From assembly GCA_964428325.1 (NCBI GenBank), contig CAYRXU010000002.1, positions 8,505-72,504 of the forward strand: a DNA stretch of 64,000 nucleotides. The letters are read 5' to 3'. Of the stretch, positions 1 to 9,539 are shown one piece after another; the stretch's first letter is position 1, and each line of letters starts with the position of its first letter. The notes under the pieces are model-generated. The model made no database searches and was not told where the DNA came from. It saw nothing but the letters and a program-made list of their open reading frames with translations. A program made the translations under genes and the position numbers. The stretch comes from Candidatus Woesearchaeota archaeon. GTDB taxonomy: Archaea > Nanobdellota > Nanobdellia > Pacearchaeales > GW2011-AR1.

Positions 1-476
1 AGATAATAATCGAAACCGGGCCACATAAAGAAGTCTGCAGAGATATCAATGTTGAAGCAGATTCAGACACACTCAACGTACATACACTATGGAGTCCGAC
101 AAAAAGTCGTACAGTTGAAACATTCACCCTTAATTCTGAAGAAACAAATATCAAAATCGCTCACCCTACAAAAATCGCAGGACCAAGAACACAATTCAAA
201 ATATGCATAGAAATATTAGATAATTACTCTCATTACGGACTCATAACAATAGAAGATCCAACAAAACACGCAGGCCTAGGTATCTGGTTCATTATCAATC
301 CTGACAATCCAGAAAAAAGAACTCTCAAAAGAACAATCACAGGTAACGCCATTAAAGATAGTCAGCAAGAACAAGAAAGTGTCGATCTGACGGTCTATTT
401 TATGCTAGGAACAACACTTCTCACACTGGCACTTGCATTTCTCATCATCAAGATCCGTAAAAAAGCAAGACCCTAA
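1..476 (+). CDS. 3' end of a surface/secreted protein that starts upstream of the window; C-terminal TM anchor
   Basis: The frame containing nt 3 is open from the window edge to TAA at 474-476. It ends ...LGTTLLTLALAFLIIKIRKKARP (hydrophobic helix plus basic tail). It is absent from the ORF track because there is no in-window start. Confidence 0.5.
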   Translation, partial: IIIETGPHKEVCRDINVEADSDTLNVHTLWSPTKSRTVETFTLNSEETNIKIAHPTKIAGPRTQFKICIEILDNYSHYGLITIEDPTKHAGLGIWFIINPDNPEKRTLKRTITGNAIKDSQQEQESVDLTVYFMLGTTLLTLALAFLIIKIRKKARP

Positions 477-513
477 CCCCAACCCTTATTAACCCACTTT
501 AAATCCATTAATT

Positions 514-1608
514 ATGGATGACAAACAGAAACTTCACCTTGAAGAACAAATAGCAGAGCTCGAGTCTGTTCGAGGCCAACACACCGAACTCGTTACGGTG
601 ATGATACCTGGAGGTTTCAATATCCACGCCGTATCAAAGCAACTTGAAGCAGAAGCATCTACAGCTGAAAACATCAAATCAAAGCAAACCAGAACAGCAG
701 TTATCGATGCTATAGACACCATTGTTCGCGAGTTGAAAAAATATAAACAAACTCCGAAGAACGGCCTAGCGCTCTTCGCAGGTAACGTTTCAGAAAAAGA
801 AGGCGGACAAGACATCAGGATTTGGGCAATCGAGCCTCCAAAAGAACTCCGCGTTCGAATTTACCGCTGCGACAAGACATTCATTGTTGAGCCCCTAAAA
901 GACATGCTCCAAACTGAAGAAGTTTATGCTCTTCTCGTCATGGACCGAAGAGAGGCAACCATGGGTCTTCTTGAAGGCAAGAAGATCTCTGTACTAAGAC
1001 ATTTAACTTCAGGCGTTCCAGGTAAAATCAAGGCCGGCGGTCAGTCCGCTCAGCGATTCGAACGCATTACCGAAGGTCTTGCAAAAGAATTCTTCAAGCG
1101 CGTAGCAGAAGGCATGAAGGAAATCTTCTTTGATATGCCTCGCCTCAAAGGAATTCTTATCGGAGGGCCTATCCCTACAAAAGAAGAATTCCTTGAGTTC
1201 GGAGAACTAGTAACAAAGCTGAAGGAAAAGGTCATTGCAATCAAAGATATTGGTTACACAGACGAGCACGGTCTCAAGCTCCTAGTAGAAGCTTCAGAAG
1301 AAGACATTGCGGAACAAGAAATCATCAAGGAAAAGAAAATCCTCGAGCGATTCTTCACAACTCTAGGCAAGCACTCAAGCAAGGCAGCCTACGGAGAAGA
1401 ACGCGTCAATCTAGCTCTAGAAAGAGGAGCCGCAGAACTAATTTTAATCTCTAACAAGCTAGACAAGGCAAAAATAGCCGAATTCGAGAAGAAAGCTGAA
1501 AACATTAGTGCAGAAGTCGTCCTAATCTCAACAGAAACCCAGGAAGGAGAACAATTCCTCAACCTAACCAAGGGCCTGGCCGCCATCCTAAGATTTGCCT
1601 TAGAGTAG
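514..1608 (+). CDS. prf1: archaeal peptide chain release factor aRF1
   Basis: NIKS motif (TAENIKSKQTR) and GGQ motif (KAGGQSAQRF), with eRF1-like three-domain layout. At 364 aa it is short for the family. Confidence 0.9.
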   Translation: MDDKQKLHLEEQIAELESVRGQHTELVTVMIPGGFNIHAVSKQLEAEASTAENIKSKQTRTAVIDAIDTIVRELKKYKQTPKNGLALFAGNVSEKEGGQDIRIWAIEPPKELRVRIYRCDKTFIVEPLKDMLQTEEVYALLVMDRREATMGLLEGKKISVLRHLTSGVPGKIKAGGQSAQRFERITEGLAKEFFKRVAEGMKEIFFDMPRLKGILIGGPIPTKEEFLEFGELVTKLKEKVIAIKDIGYTDEHGLKLLVEASEEDIAEQEIIKEKKILERFFTTLGKHSSKAAYGEERVNLALERGAAELILISNKLDKAKIAEFEKKAENISAEVVLISTETQEGEQFLNLTKGLAAILRFALE

Positions 1609-1632
1609 GCACGCAGATCTCTGCAACAATTC

Positions 1633-1641
1633 TTATATATA
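1633..1641 (+). promoter_or_regulatory. TATA-like box upstream of mcm
   Basis: TTATATATA is centred about 30 nt upstream of the ATG at 1667, which implies a leaderless or very short-leader mRNA. Confidence 0.45.
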
Positions 1642-1666
1642 GCATCTTCGCCCCATAATTATACTC

Positions 1667-3673
1667 ATGGAAGCAAAGAAAAGAGAAGAATTATTACAAG
1701 AGGCAAAGAACTTCTTCGAAGCACACAAATCGCATATTATAGGCGAGTCTATGCGCGAGCAGCAAAACGTAGTCAAGCTTTCTCTCAAAACACTAGCCGA
1801 ATTCTCACCAGAACTAAGCGATAATGTAATTACATCTCCGGTAGACACTCTCGCCCTGCTAGAGGACGCCCTTGCACAACTAGGTCTCCAAAAGAATCCA
1901 CGAATCCGTTTCACAGAAGTTCCAGATACAGTCAGAGAAAAAATAAGAAACATTAGAGCAAAACACCTAGACCAGTTCCTTTGGGTTGAGGGGATTGTGA
2001 GACAAGCGTCAGATGTCAGACCTCAAGTAGTAAACGCTAGATTCGAATGTCCTACCTGCGGAGCTATTCTATCTGTCTTGCAAATCGACAAGAAATTCCG
2101 CGAACCATCACGTTGCTCATGTGGCAGAAAAGGTCAATTCAAAACACTCTCAAAGGAAATGGTAGACGCTCAACGCCTAGTCATCGAAGAAGCTCCAGAT
2201 GCGCTTGAAGGCGGAGAACAACCAAAACGCATTAGCGTATTTCTGCAAGAAGATCTAGTAGAGCCACAAATCGAAGAGCGAACAACTCCAGGAGCCAGAG
2301 TAAGAATCTTCGGCGTTCTAAAAGAAGTGCCCGTACCCTTGCAAACAGGAGCAATTTCCACAAGATTCGATATCGCCATTGAAGCCAACAATACTATTCC
2401 ATTAGAAGAAACATTTGCAGACCTAAAGATCACAGAAGAAGATGAAAGGCAAATCCTCGAGCTTTCAACAGACCCACAATCATTCCACAAACTTTCAAAG
2501 AGCATCGCACCAAGCGTATACGGATTCGAGAAAGTAAAAGAAGCTCTTCTTCTGCAACTCTTTTCAGGTGTAAAGAAGAAAAAATCAGACGGCGGTTTCA
2601 CAAGAGGAAACATGCACATTCTTCTTGTAGGAGATCCCGGCGTAGCAAAATCAGTCACCCTCAAATTTATGTCACGTATTGCCCCAAAAGGCCGGTACGT
2701 GTCAGGTAAGGCTACGACGGGCGCAGGTCTCACAGCGGCCGTAGTAAAAGACGAATTCCTGAAAGGCTGGTCTCTAGAAGCAGGAGCCATGGTTCTCGGT
2801 AACAAAGGAATGGTGTGTGTGGACGAAATTGAAAAAATGGACGAACACGACCGAAGCACAATGCACGAAGCCATGGAACAACAAACAGTTACAATTTCCA
2901 AGGCGAACATTCAAGCAACACTACGTTCAGAGACCTCAGTACTTGCAGCAGGAAACCCAAAAATGGGAAGATTTGATCCATTCACACCAATCCCACAACA
3001 AATCGACATCTCCCCGGCACTACTTAGCCGCTTCGACGTTATTTTCGTTCTAAGGGATATCCCAAACAAAAACCAAGATGAAGCTATTGCATCACACGTT
3101 CTTCAAGAACATAAGCAGGAAGTCATTCGCGAAGTAGTAGATCCGTCACTCTTAAGAAAATATGTTGCATTTGCCCAACGCCTCTCACCAAAACTCACAG
3201 ATGAAGCAATTAATGAGATAAAGAACTTCTACGTCCATTTGAGAAATCAATCTGTCTCAACAGATAAAGACATCAAACCAATCCCAATCACGGCACGTCA
3301 GCTAGAAGCAATCATCCGTCTATCTGAAGCCTGCGCTCGCATCAGACTCAGTGAAAAGGTAATGGCAAGTGACGCAAAACGCGCTATTGATCTTCTCAAA
3401 TACTCTCTCCTTCAAGTTGGCTATGATGAAGAGACAAAAACCTTCGACATCGATCGCATCGGGGGCATGCCAACTGCAAAGCGTAGCAAAATCGTCCTCA
3501 TAAGGGACGCCATTGCAAGATTACAAGCAAAGATGGGCAAACTCATCCCGATGGAAGAACTCCAGAAGGAATTACCAGACATGCAACCCCACGATATGGA
3601 AGAGGCCATATCAGAGCTGAAAAAGAAAGGAGACCTCTTTGAGCCAAAACATGGCTATATCCAGGTCACATAA
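1667..3673 (+). CDS. mcm: MCM replicative helicase
   Basis: Zn finger CPTCG...CSCG, Walker A GDPGVAKS, Walker B VCVDEIEKM, arginine finger SRFD, and a C-terminal winged-helix-like tail. Confidence 0.95.
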   Translation: MEAKKREELLQEAKNFFEAHKSHIIGESMREQQNVVKLSLKTLAEFSPELSDNVITSPVDTLALLEDALAQLGLQKNPRIRFTEVPDTVREKIRNIRAKHLDQFLWVEGIVRQASDVRPQVVNARFECPTCGAILSVLQIDKKFREPSRCSCGRKGQFKTLSKEMVDAQRLVIEEAPDALEGGEQPKRISVFLQEDLVEPQIEERTTPGARVRIFGVLKEVPVPLQTGAISTRFDIAIEANNTIPLEETFADLKITEEDERQILELSTDPQSFHKLSKSIAPSVYGFEKVKEALLLQLFSGVKKKKSDGGFTRGNMHILLVGDPGVAKSVTLKFMSRIAPKGRYVSGKATTGAGLTAAVVKDEFLKGWSLEAGAMVLGNKGMVCVDEIEKMDEHDRSTMHEAMEQQTVTISKANIQATLRSETSVLAAGNPKMGRFDPFTPIPQQIDISPALLSRFDVIFVLRDIPNKNQDEAIASHVLQEHKQEVIREVVDPSLLRKYVAFAQRLSPKLTDEAINEIKNFYVHLRNQSVSTDKDIKPIPITARQLEAIIRLSEACARIRLSEKVMASDAKRAIDLLKYSLLQVGYDEETKTFDIDRIGGMPTAKRSKIVLIRDAIARLQAKMGKLIPMEELQKELPDMQPHDMEEAISELKKKGDLFEPKHGYIQVT

Positions 3674-3703
3674 TACTTAAAAACTAACACGCCAAAAAAC
3701 AAT

Positions 3704-4318
3704 ATGCCAGACCAAGAATTCAAACGTCATATAGCACACAAGAAGAGAATCGGAGATATTCTCACAGGTCAAGTTATCATGGAGGGCGACAAATTCAAAT
3801 GCCTAGAACTAGGCGGAGAGCAAATCGTCAGAACTAACATCATTGCAAACATTGTTGACAAATACGTTCAGGACGGAGAAAAGAAATTCGCATCTATAAC
3901 ACTAGATGATGCTACAGGACAAATCAAGCTCAAGGTATTCGGAGAAGACATAAAGAAATTCGAAGCATTCTCACAAGGAGACACTATTATTACCATCGGT
4001 CTTTTGCGTGCATGGAACAATGAGCTCTACCTATCGCCAGAAATAATGAAAAAGCGCGAACCAGCTTATCTTGTAGTAAGAAAGCTTGAACTCGACTCCG
4101 AGAAGCCAAAAATCGTAGAGAAAGGTGAACTCACAAACGTGCGCAATCAAATCCTTCAAACAGTAAAAGCACAAGATGAAAATGGTGGAATAGATGTAGA
4201 GCGAATGATTCTCGACCTAAAGGCCTCCCCAGACATTATCAACAATGAAATCAGAAAACTATTGGAAGAAGGTCTCGTTTACGAGCCTCGCCCAGGTAAA
4301 CTGAGATATCTAGGATAA
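3704..4318 (+). CDS. OB-fold ssDNA-binding (RPA-like) protein with C-terminal winged-helix-like domain
   Basis: OB-like core (IIANIVDKY...ITLDDATGQIKLKVFGE...TIGLLRAWNNELYL) lies directly downstream of mcm. The assignment is tentative. Confidence 0.5.
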   Translation: MPDQEFKRHIAHKKRIGDILTGQVIMEGDKFKCLELGGEQIVRTNIIANIVDKYVQDGEKKFASITLDDATGQIKLKVFGEDIKKFEAFSQGDTIITIGLLRAWNNELYLSPEIMKKREPAYLVVRKLELDSEKPKIVEKGELTNVRNQILQTVKAQDENGGIDVERMILDLKASPDIINNEIRKLLEEGLVYEPRPGKLRYLG

Positions 4319-4789
4319 ATGGAAGACGCAAAGCAGAAAGCCCATTATATTGCCGTCACAGGCATCGTAACAAACAAAGAAGGCAAATATCTTCTATGCA
4401 AACGCAGCCCAAGTGAAAAAGCATTTCCAAACAAGTGGTGCTTTCCTGGTGGAAAAATAGAGCAATCAGATTTCATCAACACAAAAAAAGATACAAGCGA
4501 TCATTGGCTTGACATTTTTGAAAAAACTTTAAAGAAAGAGATAAAGGAAGAAACAGGCCTTACAATTAAGCCCACAGATTACATCGCAAGCCTTGTATTC
4601 ATCCGTCCAAATGGATTTTCTACAGTTATTGTCAATCTCCTAGCAGAATACGAATCAGGAGAACTTAAACTACAGCAAAGCGAACTAGTAGACGCCGCTT
4701 GGGTAACACTGGAAGAAGCAAAAAATTACGATCTCATAGAGAACATCTATGATCAACTCGAGAAAGCGGATAGGAAACTGAGAAACTAA
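4319..4789 (+). CDS. NUDIX-family hydrolase (non-canonical box)
   Basis: PGGKIE...LKKEIKEETGL. The Nudix box is interrupted by a roughly 20-aa insert and has K for the usual R. The start abuts the previous stop (TAAATG). Confidence 0.65.
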   Translation: MEDAKQKAHYIAVTGIVTNKEGKYLLCKRSPSEKAFPNKWCFPGGKIEQSDFINTKKDTSDHWLDIFEKTLKKEIKEETGLTIKPTDYIASLVFIRPNGFSTVIVNLLAEYESGELKLQQSELVDAAWVTLEEAKNYDLIENIYDQLEKADRKLRN

Positions 4790-5874
4790 ATCCTCCTCAC
4801 AACACCAGTAGCTGCATCCAACTCAATCATCTCGCCTTCCTTCAGAATACTAGTATCTCCAACACCAACAACGCACGGCTTGCCTAACTCCCGCGCAACG
4901 ATAGCCGCATGAGATAACATGCCTCCTCCAGAAGTAATAATACCTCCTGCCTGTTGCATCAAAACAAAATAATCTGGCGTCATCATATCACAAACAAGAA
5001 TATCTCCCCAGCTCAGCTCCGTTTTTGCAACATTCTCACTCGAAACAAATCGTACGCGACCTTTCGCCTTGCCATTACTAGCGACCTGCCCCTTGACAAG
5101 AGTTGGCACATTAGCACTCTGAAGAGGAACGAAATCAGCATACAAATCTCCTATTGTTTTATTGTAATCAATAAACCAAGTCCCAAACTCTGCAGATTTA
5201 ACCGTTTCAAAATACCCCCTCATGTACTCTCCCAAGAAAGTTGCACCCGCATTTTTCTCAAGCACCCATCTCTTTTGCTGATTATCAACTTTAATGTAAC
5301 GCACTATCTCCTGCACATGTTCACGCACATCAGGTCTATTCTCACTGAACGTCCATCCGTGTAGGTCAAACGAGAACGTTATGGGCTTGCCGTTCTCGTG
5401 CACACCTTGAGTCAATTGATGGTGCCCGCCTCGAATAATTTCCCCAAAAATGCCCTTATTATTCACAACAAAAATAGTACTCCACAAAGCAGTTTCCGGG
5501 TGAGGTACAAAGTCGGCCAGATAGTCCTCTGGTTTTATCTTCTGCTCCTTAAACCAAACTAGAGCATCTTTGACAGTTTTCCCACGCATTCTCAACTTAG
5601 GCAAAGATGCGTCTCTCGGCATAAGCCTCAATTCACACAACTCCTTTCCATGTTCACGTACGAATTGTTTGAATTCAAAGCTTTCTAACGCAATATCATT
5701 TGCAGAAAAAGAGTGCGGCTTATCAAACGGCAAGTCAATAATCGTATTGATGGTAGCAAGTTTCTCTCGTTTAACATTATCCTCTGCGCGAAGTTTCTCC
5801 GTATGTTCATGCTTGATATTCGCAAACCATTCGGTTATTGAAATCTGCTTTTCGTATAAATTATCAATCGCCAT
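4786..5874 (-). CDS. PEP-utilising-enzyme mobile (swivelling His) domain protein with unknown N-terminal domain
   Basis: The C-terminus GGIITSGGGMLSHAAIVARELGKPCVVGV is the phospho-His swivel domain of PEP synthase/PPDK-type enzymes. No PEP/pyruvate TIM-barrel domain is present. Confidence 0.7.
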   Translation of the reverse strand: MAIDNLYEKQISITEWFANIKHEHTEKLRAEDNVKREKLATINTIIDLPFDKPHSFSANDIALESFEFKQFVREHGKELCELRLMPRDASLPKLRMRGKTVKDALVWFKEQKIKPEDYLADFVPHPETALWSTIFVVNNKGIFGEIIRGGHHQLTQGVHENGKPITFSFDLHGWTFSENRPDVREHVQEIVRYIKVDNQQKRWVLEKNAGATFLGEYMRGYFETVKSAEFGTWFIDYNKTIGDLYADFVPLQSANVPTLVKGQVASNGKAKGRVRFVSSENVAKTELSWGDILVCDMMTPDYFVLMQQAGGIITSGGGMLSHAAIVARELGKPCVVGVGDTSILKEGEMIELDAATGVVRRI

Positions 5875-5929
5875 CTTTTCGCGAGTTGTAATCTAAGAGT
5901 TAATACTTAAGGATTATTGTGCCGAGAAG

Positions 5930-6529
5930 TTACTTCTTTCCAAAACCAAAGAAACCTTTCTTCTTCTGAGAATTAAGTCTTATAGTGATCCAAATAAGAA
6001 GCACGAGCGCTCCAAGCAAAAGGAGGAATCTCCAAATGTTGCTAAGATTAGACCAATTTCTCATAGAACCATACACTAAAGCCCCAACTCCCGAAGCCAT
6101 AAGTGCGCTTCCAACTGGCTCAATAGTCAAAATAGTATATCCGATAATAATTGTAATAATACCTGCTATAATAGAAATGATGAAAACTCTCTGACCATGT
6201 TCTTTTTGAGCATCAGCAAGATTCTTCTGGCACATATCACACACGAAACTTGCAGGACATCCTGCAGCATCATAAGTTCCCGCAATCAGATTTCCCCCAT
6301 CATTCATACAAATATTCTGCTCCTGTGGTGTAGGAGACAAAGTACAATTCACCCCGCCAGCACCCTTAACAGCAGCAAGTTCAGGATAGCTCGGGTAGTA
6401 ATACTGTTGCTGGCCCGTGCAGAAATCTTCGTACCTAGGCTCATCATAGAACGCCTGGATACCAAAATTCAACACAAGAAGATAAACAATAAAGATGCCC
6501 ACTCCAAGGACAAGGTTCTTCACATTCAT
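5930..6529 (-). CDS. membrane protein, Cys-rich extracellular segment
   Basis: N-terminal TM (LVLGVGIFIVYLLVL), eight Cys in the central region, and three C-terminal TM helices. Confidence 0.55.
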   Translation of the reverse strand: MNVKNLVLGVGIFIVYLLVLNFGIQAFYDEPRYEDFCTGQQQYYYPSYPELAAVKGAGGVNCTLSPTPQEQNICMNDGGNLIAGTYDAAGCPASFVCDMCQKNLADAQKEHGQRVFIISIIAGIITIIIGYTILTIEPVGSALMASGVGALVYGSMRNWSNLSNIWRFLLLLGALVLLIWITIRLNSQKKKGFFGFGKK

Positions 6530-6623
6530 AACGAGCTATAGCCAAATCTCTTTATAAAACTACGTAACACTCCAAACTACTTCATATAGAGAACTTTAAA
6601 AACACCCTCAAACCCATTAGATT

Positions 6624-7034
6624 ATGGAAACCTATGAACAACTCCTCGACCGAGCTTACAAGAATCTCAAGGTCGCAACCTCCACAGGCGAGCGATTCGA
6701 AATACCAAAAGTACAAGGCCAGATCTCAGGAAAGAACACAATAATCACAAATCTCGCAGCCATAGCTTCACACATCCGCAGACCTGCAGAACATCTGGGC
6801 AAATTCCTCCTTAAAGAACTAGCAGCACCAGGTTCAGTCGAAGGCGAGCGTCTCATACTAAAGACGAAACTCAATTCAGCCCGAGTAAACGAAAAAGTAG
6901 AAATGTACGTCAAAGATTTTGTTTTGTGCCCAGAATGTAAGAAGCCCGATACAGAAATAGTGAACGAAAAAGGCATCAAGTTCAAACACTGTCTTGCATG
7001 CGGCGCCAAGACCCCTATCAAGAGCAAGATTTAA
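6624..7034 (+). CDS. eif2b: translation initiation factor aIF2 beta subunit
   Basis: Typical aIF2-beta length (136 aa) and C-terminal zinc ribbon CPECKKPDT...CLACG. Confidence 0.9.
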   Translation: METYEQLLDRAYKNLKVATSTGERFEIPKVQGQISGKNTIITNLAAIASHIRRPAEHLGKFLLKELAAPGSVEGERLILKTKLNSARVNEKVEMYVKDFVLCPECKKPDTEIVNEKGIKFKHCLACGAKTPIKSKI

Positions 7035-7826
7035 GTGGCTCTTACACTTCTAGCTTTTATGGAAAAGCCGATATCGTTCAAAAACAAAAAAGGAATCACT
7101 CTGCGCGGTTTCTTACACATTCCAAAGAAATACAACACGGCAATTATCTTCTGCCACGGTTTTCCAAGCAGTGCTATAGGTCCAAGCAGCGCCCGCATAG
7201 GCAAAACATTTGAAAAACTAGGATATCTCACGCTTAGATTCAGCTTTAGCGGCACTCCTCCTTCAGATGGAAAGTTTGAAGACAAATTAATGAGCCAAGA
7301 ATCCGCGGAGATAGGTGACGCGATTAATTTTATAACAAAAAACTACATCTTCAAGAAACTAGTAATTTTCGGACACTCAACAGGCTCTATCGACCTTGCT
7401 CTGTACGCTCATAAAGACAAACGTATATCAAAGGTAATCCTTAGCGGTGCCGTGAGTCATCTTGATGAGGCAGTCAGTTATGATTTCACAGACAACCAAG
7501 TGCATTCATTCTGGACAAAAGGATACATCACATACAGTCGCCCAGGCAAGTGGACCCACGGAAAGAAACTCAAGAAAGCATTCTATGATGAATTCTTCAC
7601 ACTCGACATACCAAAGGCAATAAGCAAGTTAAAACGTCCTGTTCTTATAATCCATGGTGAAAAAGACGAGCTCGTACCTTCACACAAAGACCCGCTAGAG
7701 CTATACACCTTAGCGAATAAGCCAAAGAAACTAGTTATCATCAAAGGTGCAGACCATTCATTCTCACAAGAAAAACACTGGAAACAAGTCGTAAAACACA
7801 TCAAATCATTCATAGAAAAGAGATAA
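7035..7826 (+). CDS. alpha/beta-fold hydrolase
   Basis: Nucleophile elbow GHSTGS, and IIHGEKDELVP...ADH late in the protein. The start is GTG at 7035 or ATG at 7059. Confidence 0.75.
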   Translation: MALTLLAFMEKPISFKNKKGITLRGFLHIPKKYNTAIIFCHGFPSSAIGPSSARIGKTFEKLGYLTLRFSFSGTPPSDGKFEDKLMSQESAEIGDAINFITKNYIFKKLVIFGHSTGSIDLALYAHKDKRISKVILSGAVSHLDEAVSYDFTDNQVHSFWTKGYITYSRPGKWTHGKKLKKAFYDEFFTLDIPKAISKLKRPVLIIHGEKDELVPSHKDPLELYTLANKPKKLVIIKGADHSFSQEKHWKQVVKHIKSFIEKR

Positions 7827-7888
7827 ACCTCTCTTCGCAACCTTTATAATCCCTCGAACCAAAACACCATTAGCAAAGGAGGAAACCA

Positions 7889-8041
7889 ATGGCAACAAAA
7901 GGATATTGCGTAAAATGCAAAGCCCAGGTGGATATCAAGAATCCAGTTGAATCTACAACGTCTAAAGGCACAAAGATTGCGAAAGGCAAGTGCCCTAACT
8001 GTGGAACGACGGTCTGTAGAATGGGCGGCATTACAAAGTAA
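7889..8041 (+). CDS. small zinc-ribbon protein (DUF5679-like), 50 aa
   Basis: MATKGYCVKCKAQVDIKNP...GKCPNCGTTVCRMGGITK. AAAGGAGG lies 6-13 nt upstream. It falls below the ORF-track length cut-off. Confidence 0.7.
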   Translation: MATKGYCVKCKAQVDIKNPVESTTSKGTKIAKGKCPNCGTTVCRMGGITK

Positions 8042-8048
8042 GAAGCTC

Positions 8049-8348
8049 ATGATTTTGGTAAAGGTCCACAAGGCCTACCGTAACGTAGTTGCCGTGTGCG
8101 ACTCCGAGTTGGTCGGAAAATACCTTGAAGAAGGCAAACGAGAGCTCAGAGTAGGAGAACATTTCTTTAAAGGGGAAGAGAAGACGCATGAAGAAATGGT
8201 CGCTTTTCTCCAATTATACTCCGAAAATGACTCCACCTTCAATATAGTAGGCCCTAAGTCGATAAAGGCAGCCCTCGATGCAGGCATAATAACAAAAGAA
8301 GGCATCTCTCACATTCAAGACGTGCCTTTTGCACTCGTTCTTCTTTAA
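8049..8348 (+). CDS. DUF424-like protein
   Basis: MILVKVHKAYRNVVAVCDSELVGKYLEEGK... The track ORF 7947..8348 overlaps the zinc-ribbon gene, so the internal ATG at 8049 is preferred. Confidence 0.55.
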   Translation: MILVKVHKAYRNVVAVCDSELVGKYLEEGKRELRVGEHFFKGEEKTHEEMVAFLQLYSENDSTFNIVGPKSIKAALDAGIITKEGISHIQDVPFALVLL

Positions 8349-8355
8349 GCAAGCC

Positions 8356-8363
8356 TTTAAATA
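8356..8363 (+). promoter_or_regulatory. TATA-like box upstream of aIF1A
   Basis: TTTAAATA is centred about 25 nt upstream of the ATG at 8385 and no SD is present, consistent with a leaderless mRNA. Confidence 0.45.
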
Positions 8364-8384
8364 AGATATTTCGTCCCTTGTAAT

Positions 8385-8765
8385 ATGGCTCAAGACTATG
8401 GTGATTTTGAAGAAGTAGAACAACCTGGTGCAGCAACAGCTAACAAAAACACGCCAGATAGCACTCAGGGATATGCTCCAGCCCGAGCAAGAATGCCACA
8501 TGGCAGACAAATAATCGGAACCGTAGTGCAAAGACTGGGAGGCAATCGAATGGAAGTCGCATGTACAGATGGGAAAACAAGAAATTGTCGCGTTCCTGGA
8601 AGATTCAAAAGAACTCTCTGGCTTCGCCTCAATGATACTGTAATGATAGAAAGATGGGAACACGATGACGATAAGGGAGATGTCATCTACAAATATAATT
8701 CATCAGAGATCACGCAGCTCCGCAAGCGCGGCATGCTAGCATCACCAGATAGCAATAAGTTCTAA
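8385..8765 (+). CDS. eif1a: translation initiation factor aIF1A
   Basis: S1-like OB core GRQIIGTVVQRLGGNRMEVACTDGKTRNCRVPGRFKRTLWLRLNDTVMIERW. Confidence 0.9.
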   Translation: MAQDYGDFEEVEQPGAATANKNTPDSTQGYAPARARMPHGRQIIGTVVQRLGGNRMEVACTDGKTRNCRVPGRFKRTLWLRLNDTVMIERWEHDDDKGDVIYKYNSSEITQLRKRGMLASPDSNKF

Positions 8766-8767
8766 GC

Positions 8768-9262
8768 ATGGAAACAATCTATTTCGACAGGCTTACCGAG
8801 CTAAAGCGCACTCATGATGAGCTCGAAAAGCGCCTTAAGGTATCTATATCTATTGAAGGCAGAAAAGTCACAATTAAAGGAAACACCTTTGAAGAATTCG
8901 AAGCCCTCACAGTTCTCGAAGCCATGAATTTCGGTTTCTCAGCCCACACAGCGCTTATGTTAAAAGATGATGATATCGTATTTCAAAAGCTCCCTATCAA
9001 GAACTTCACCCGAAGAAAAGATCTCGAAACGGTCAAAGCTAGAATCATCGGCACTCAAGGCCGCACAAAGAGAACTATCGAGAACCTTGCAGACTGTCAG
9101 GTGATGGTAAAAGGTAATGAAGTTGGAATCATCTGTCCTGCGGAAGAAATTGATTACGTCGTAACAGGAATGGCGAACCTCATTCGCGGTTCGAAGCAAG
9201 CGAATGTGTATAAATTCCTTGAGAGAATCAACACGTCAAGAAAAAATAAAAATAAAGAATAA
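8768..9262 (+). CDS. KH-domain RNA-binding protein (Dim2/PNO1-like)
   Basis: Two KH-like modules. IIGTQGRTKRTIENL carries the GxxG loop. Confidence 0.7.
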   Translation: METIYFDRLTELKRTHDELEKRLKVSISIEGRKVTIKGNTFEEFEALTVLEAMNFGFSAHTALMLKDDDIVFQKLPIKNFTRRKDLETVKARIIGTQGRTKRTIENLADCQVMVKGNEVGIICPAEEIDYVVTGMANLIRGSKQANVYKFLERINTSRKNKNKE

Positions 9263-9530
9263 AAAAAGAAAACAGAAGAAGTTATCTCTTCTTTTTCTTT
9301 TTTGTAGCAGCTTTTTTCTTTTTCATTGCTGGTTTACAGCGCCTCTTTTATCATTCACTAAGAACAACTTTCTATATAAACGTTTCTAAAAAATTCACAA
9401 ATTTTTCATTTTAGAAAAAACTGGAAAAAATCTATCGACGATAAAAAATATTCATAAAAAATATCTTCATTCGTAACGTTTAAACATCTAAAATCTAAGA
9501 TTTTAGTGGCTTAAAAGTCACTTCAGTAAC

Positions 9531-9539
9531 TTTTAAATA
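9531..9539 (+). promoter_or_regulatory. TATA box of tRNA-Asn
   Basis: TTTTAAATA is centred 28 nt upstream of tRNA position 1. Confidence 0.55.

Noticed and set aside
7844-8071. 75-aa minus-strand ORF
   Set aside because: It overlaps two better-supported plus-strand genes: the zinc-ribbon gene with its SD, and the DUF424-like gene.
9282-9326. 14-aa Lys-rich mini-ORF (MKKKKAATKKKKKR) on the minus strand
   Set aside because: It is too short and lies in an A/T homopolymer-rich terminator region after the KH gene. There is no SD or TATA support, so it is most likely a chance ORF.
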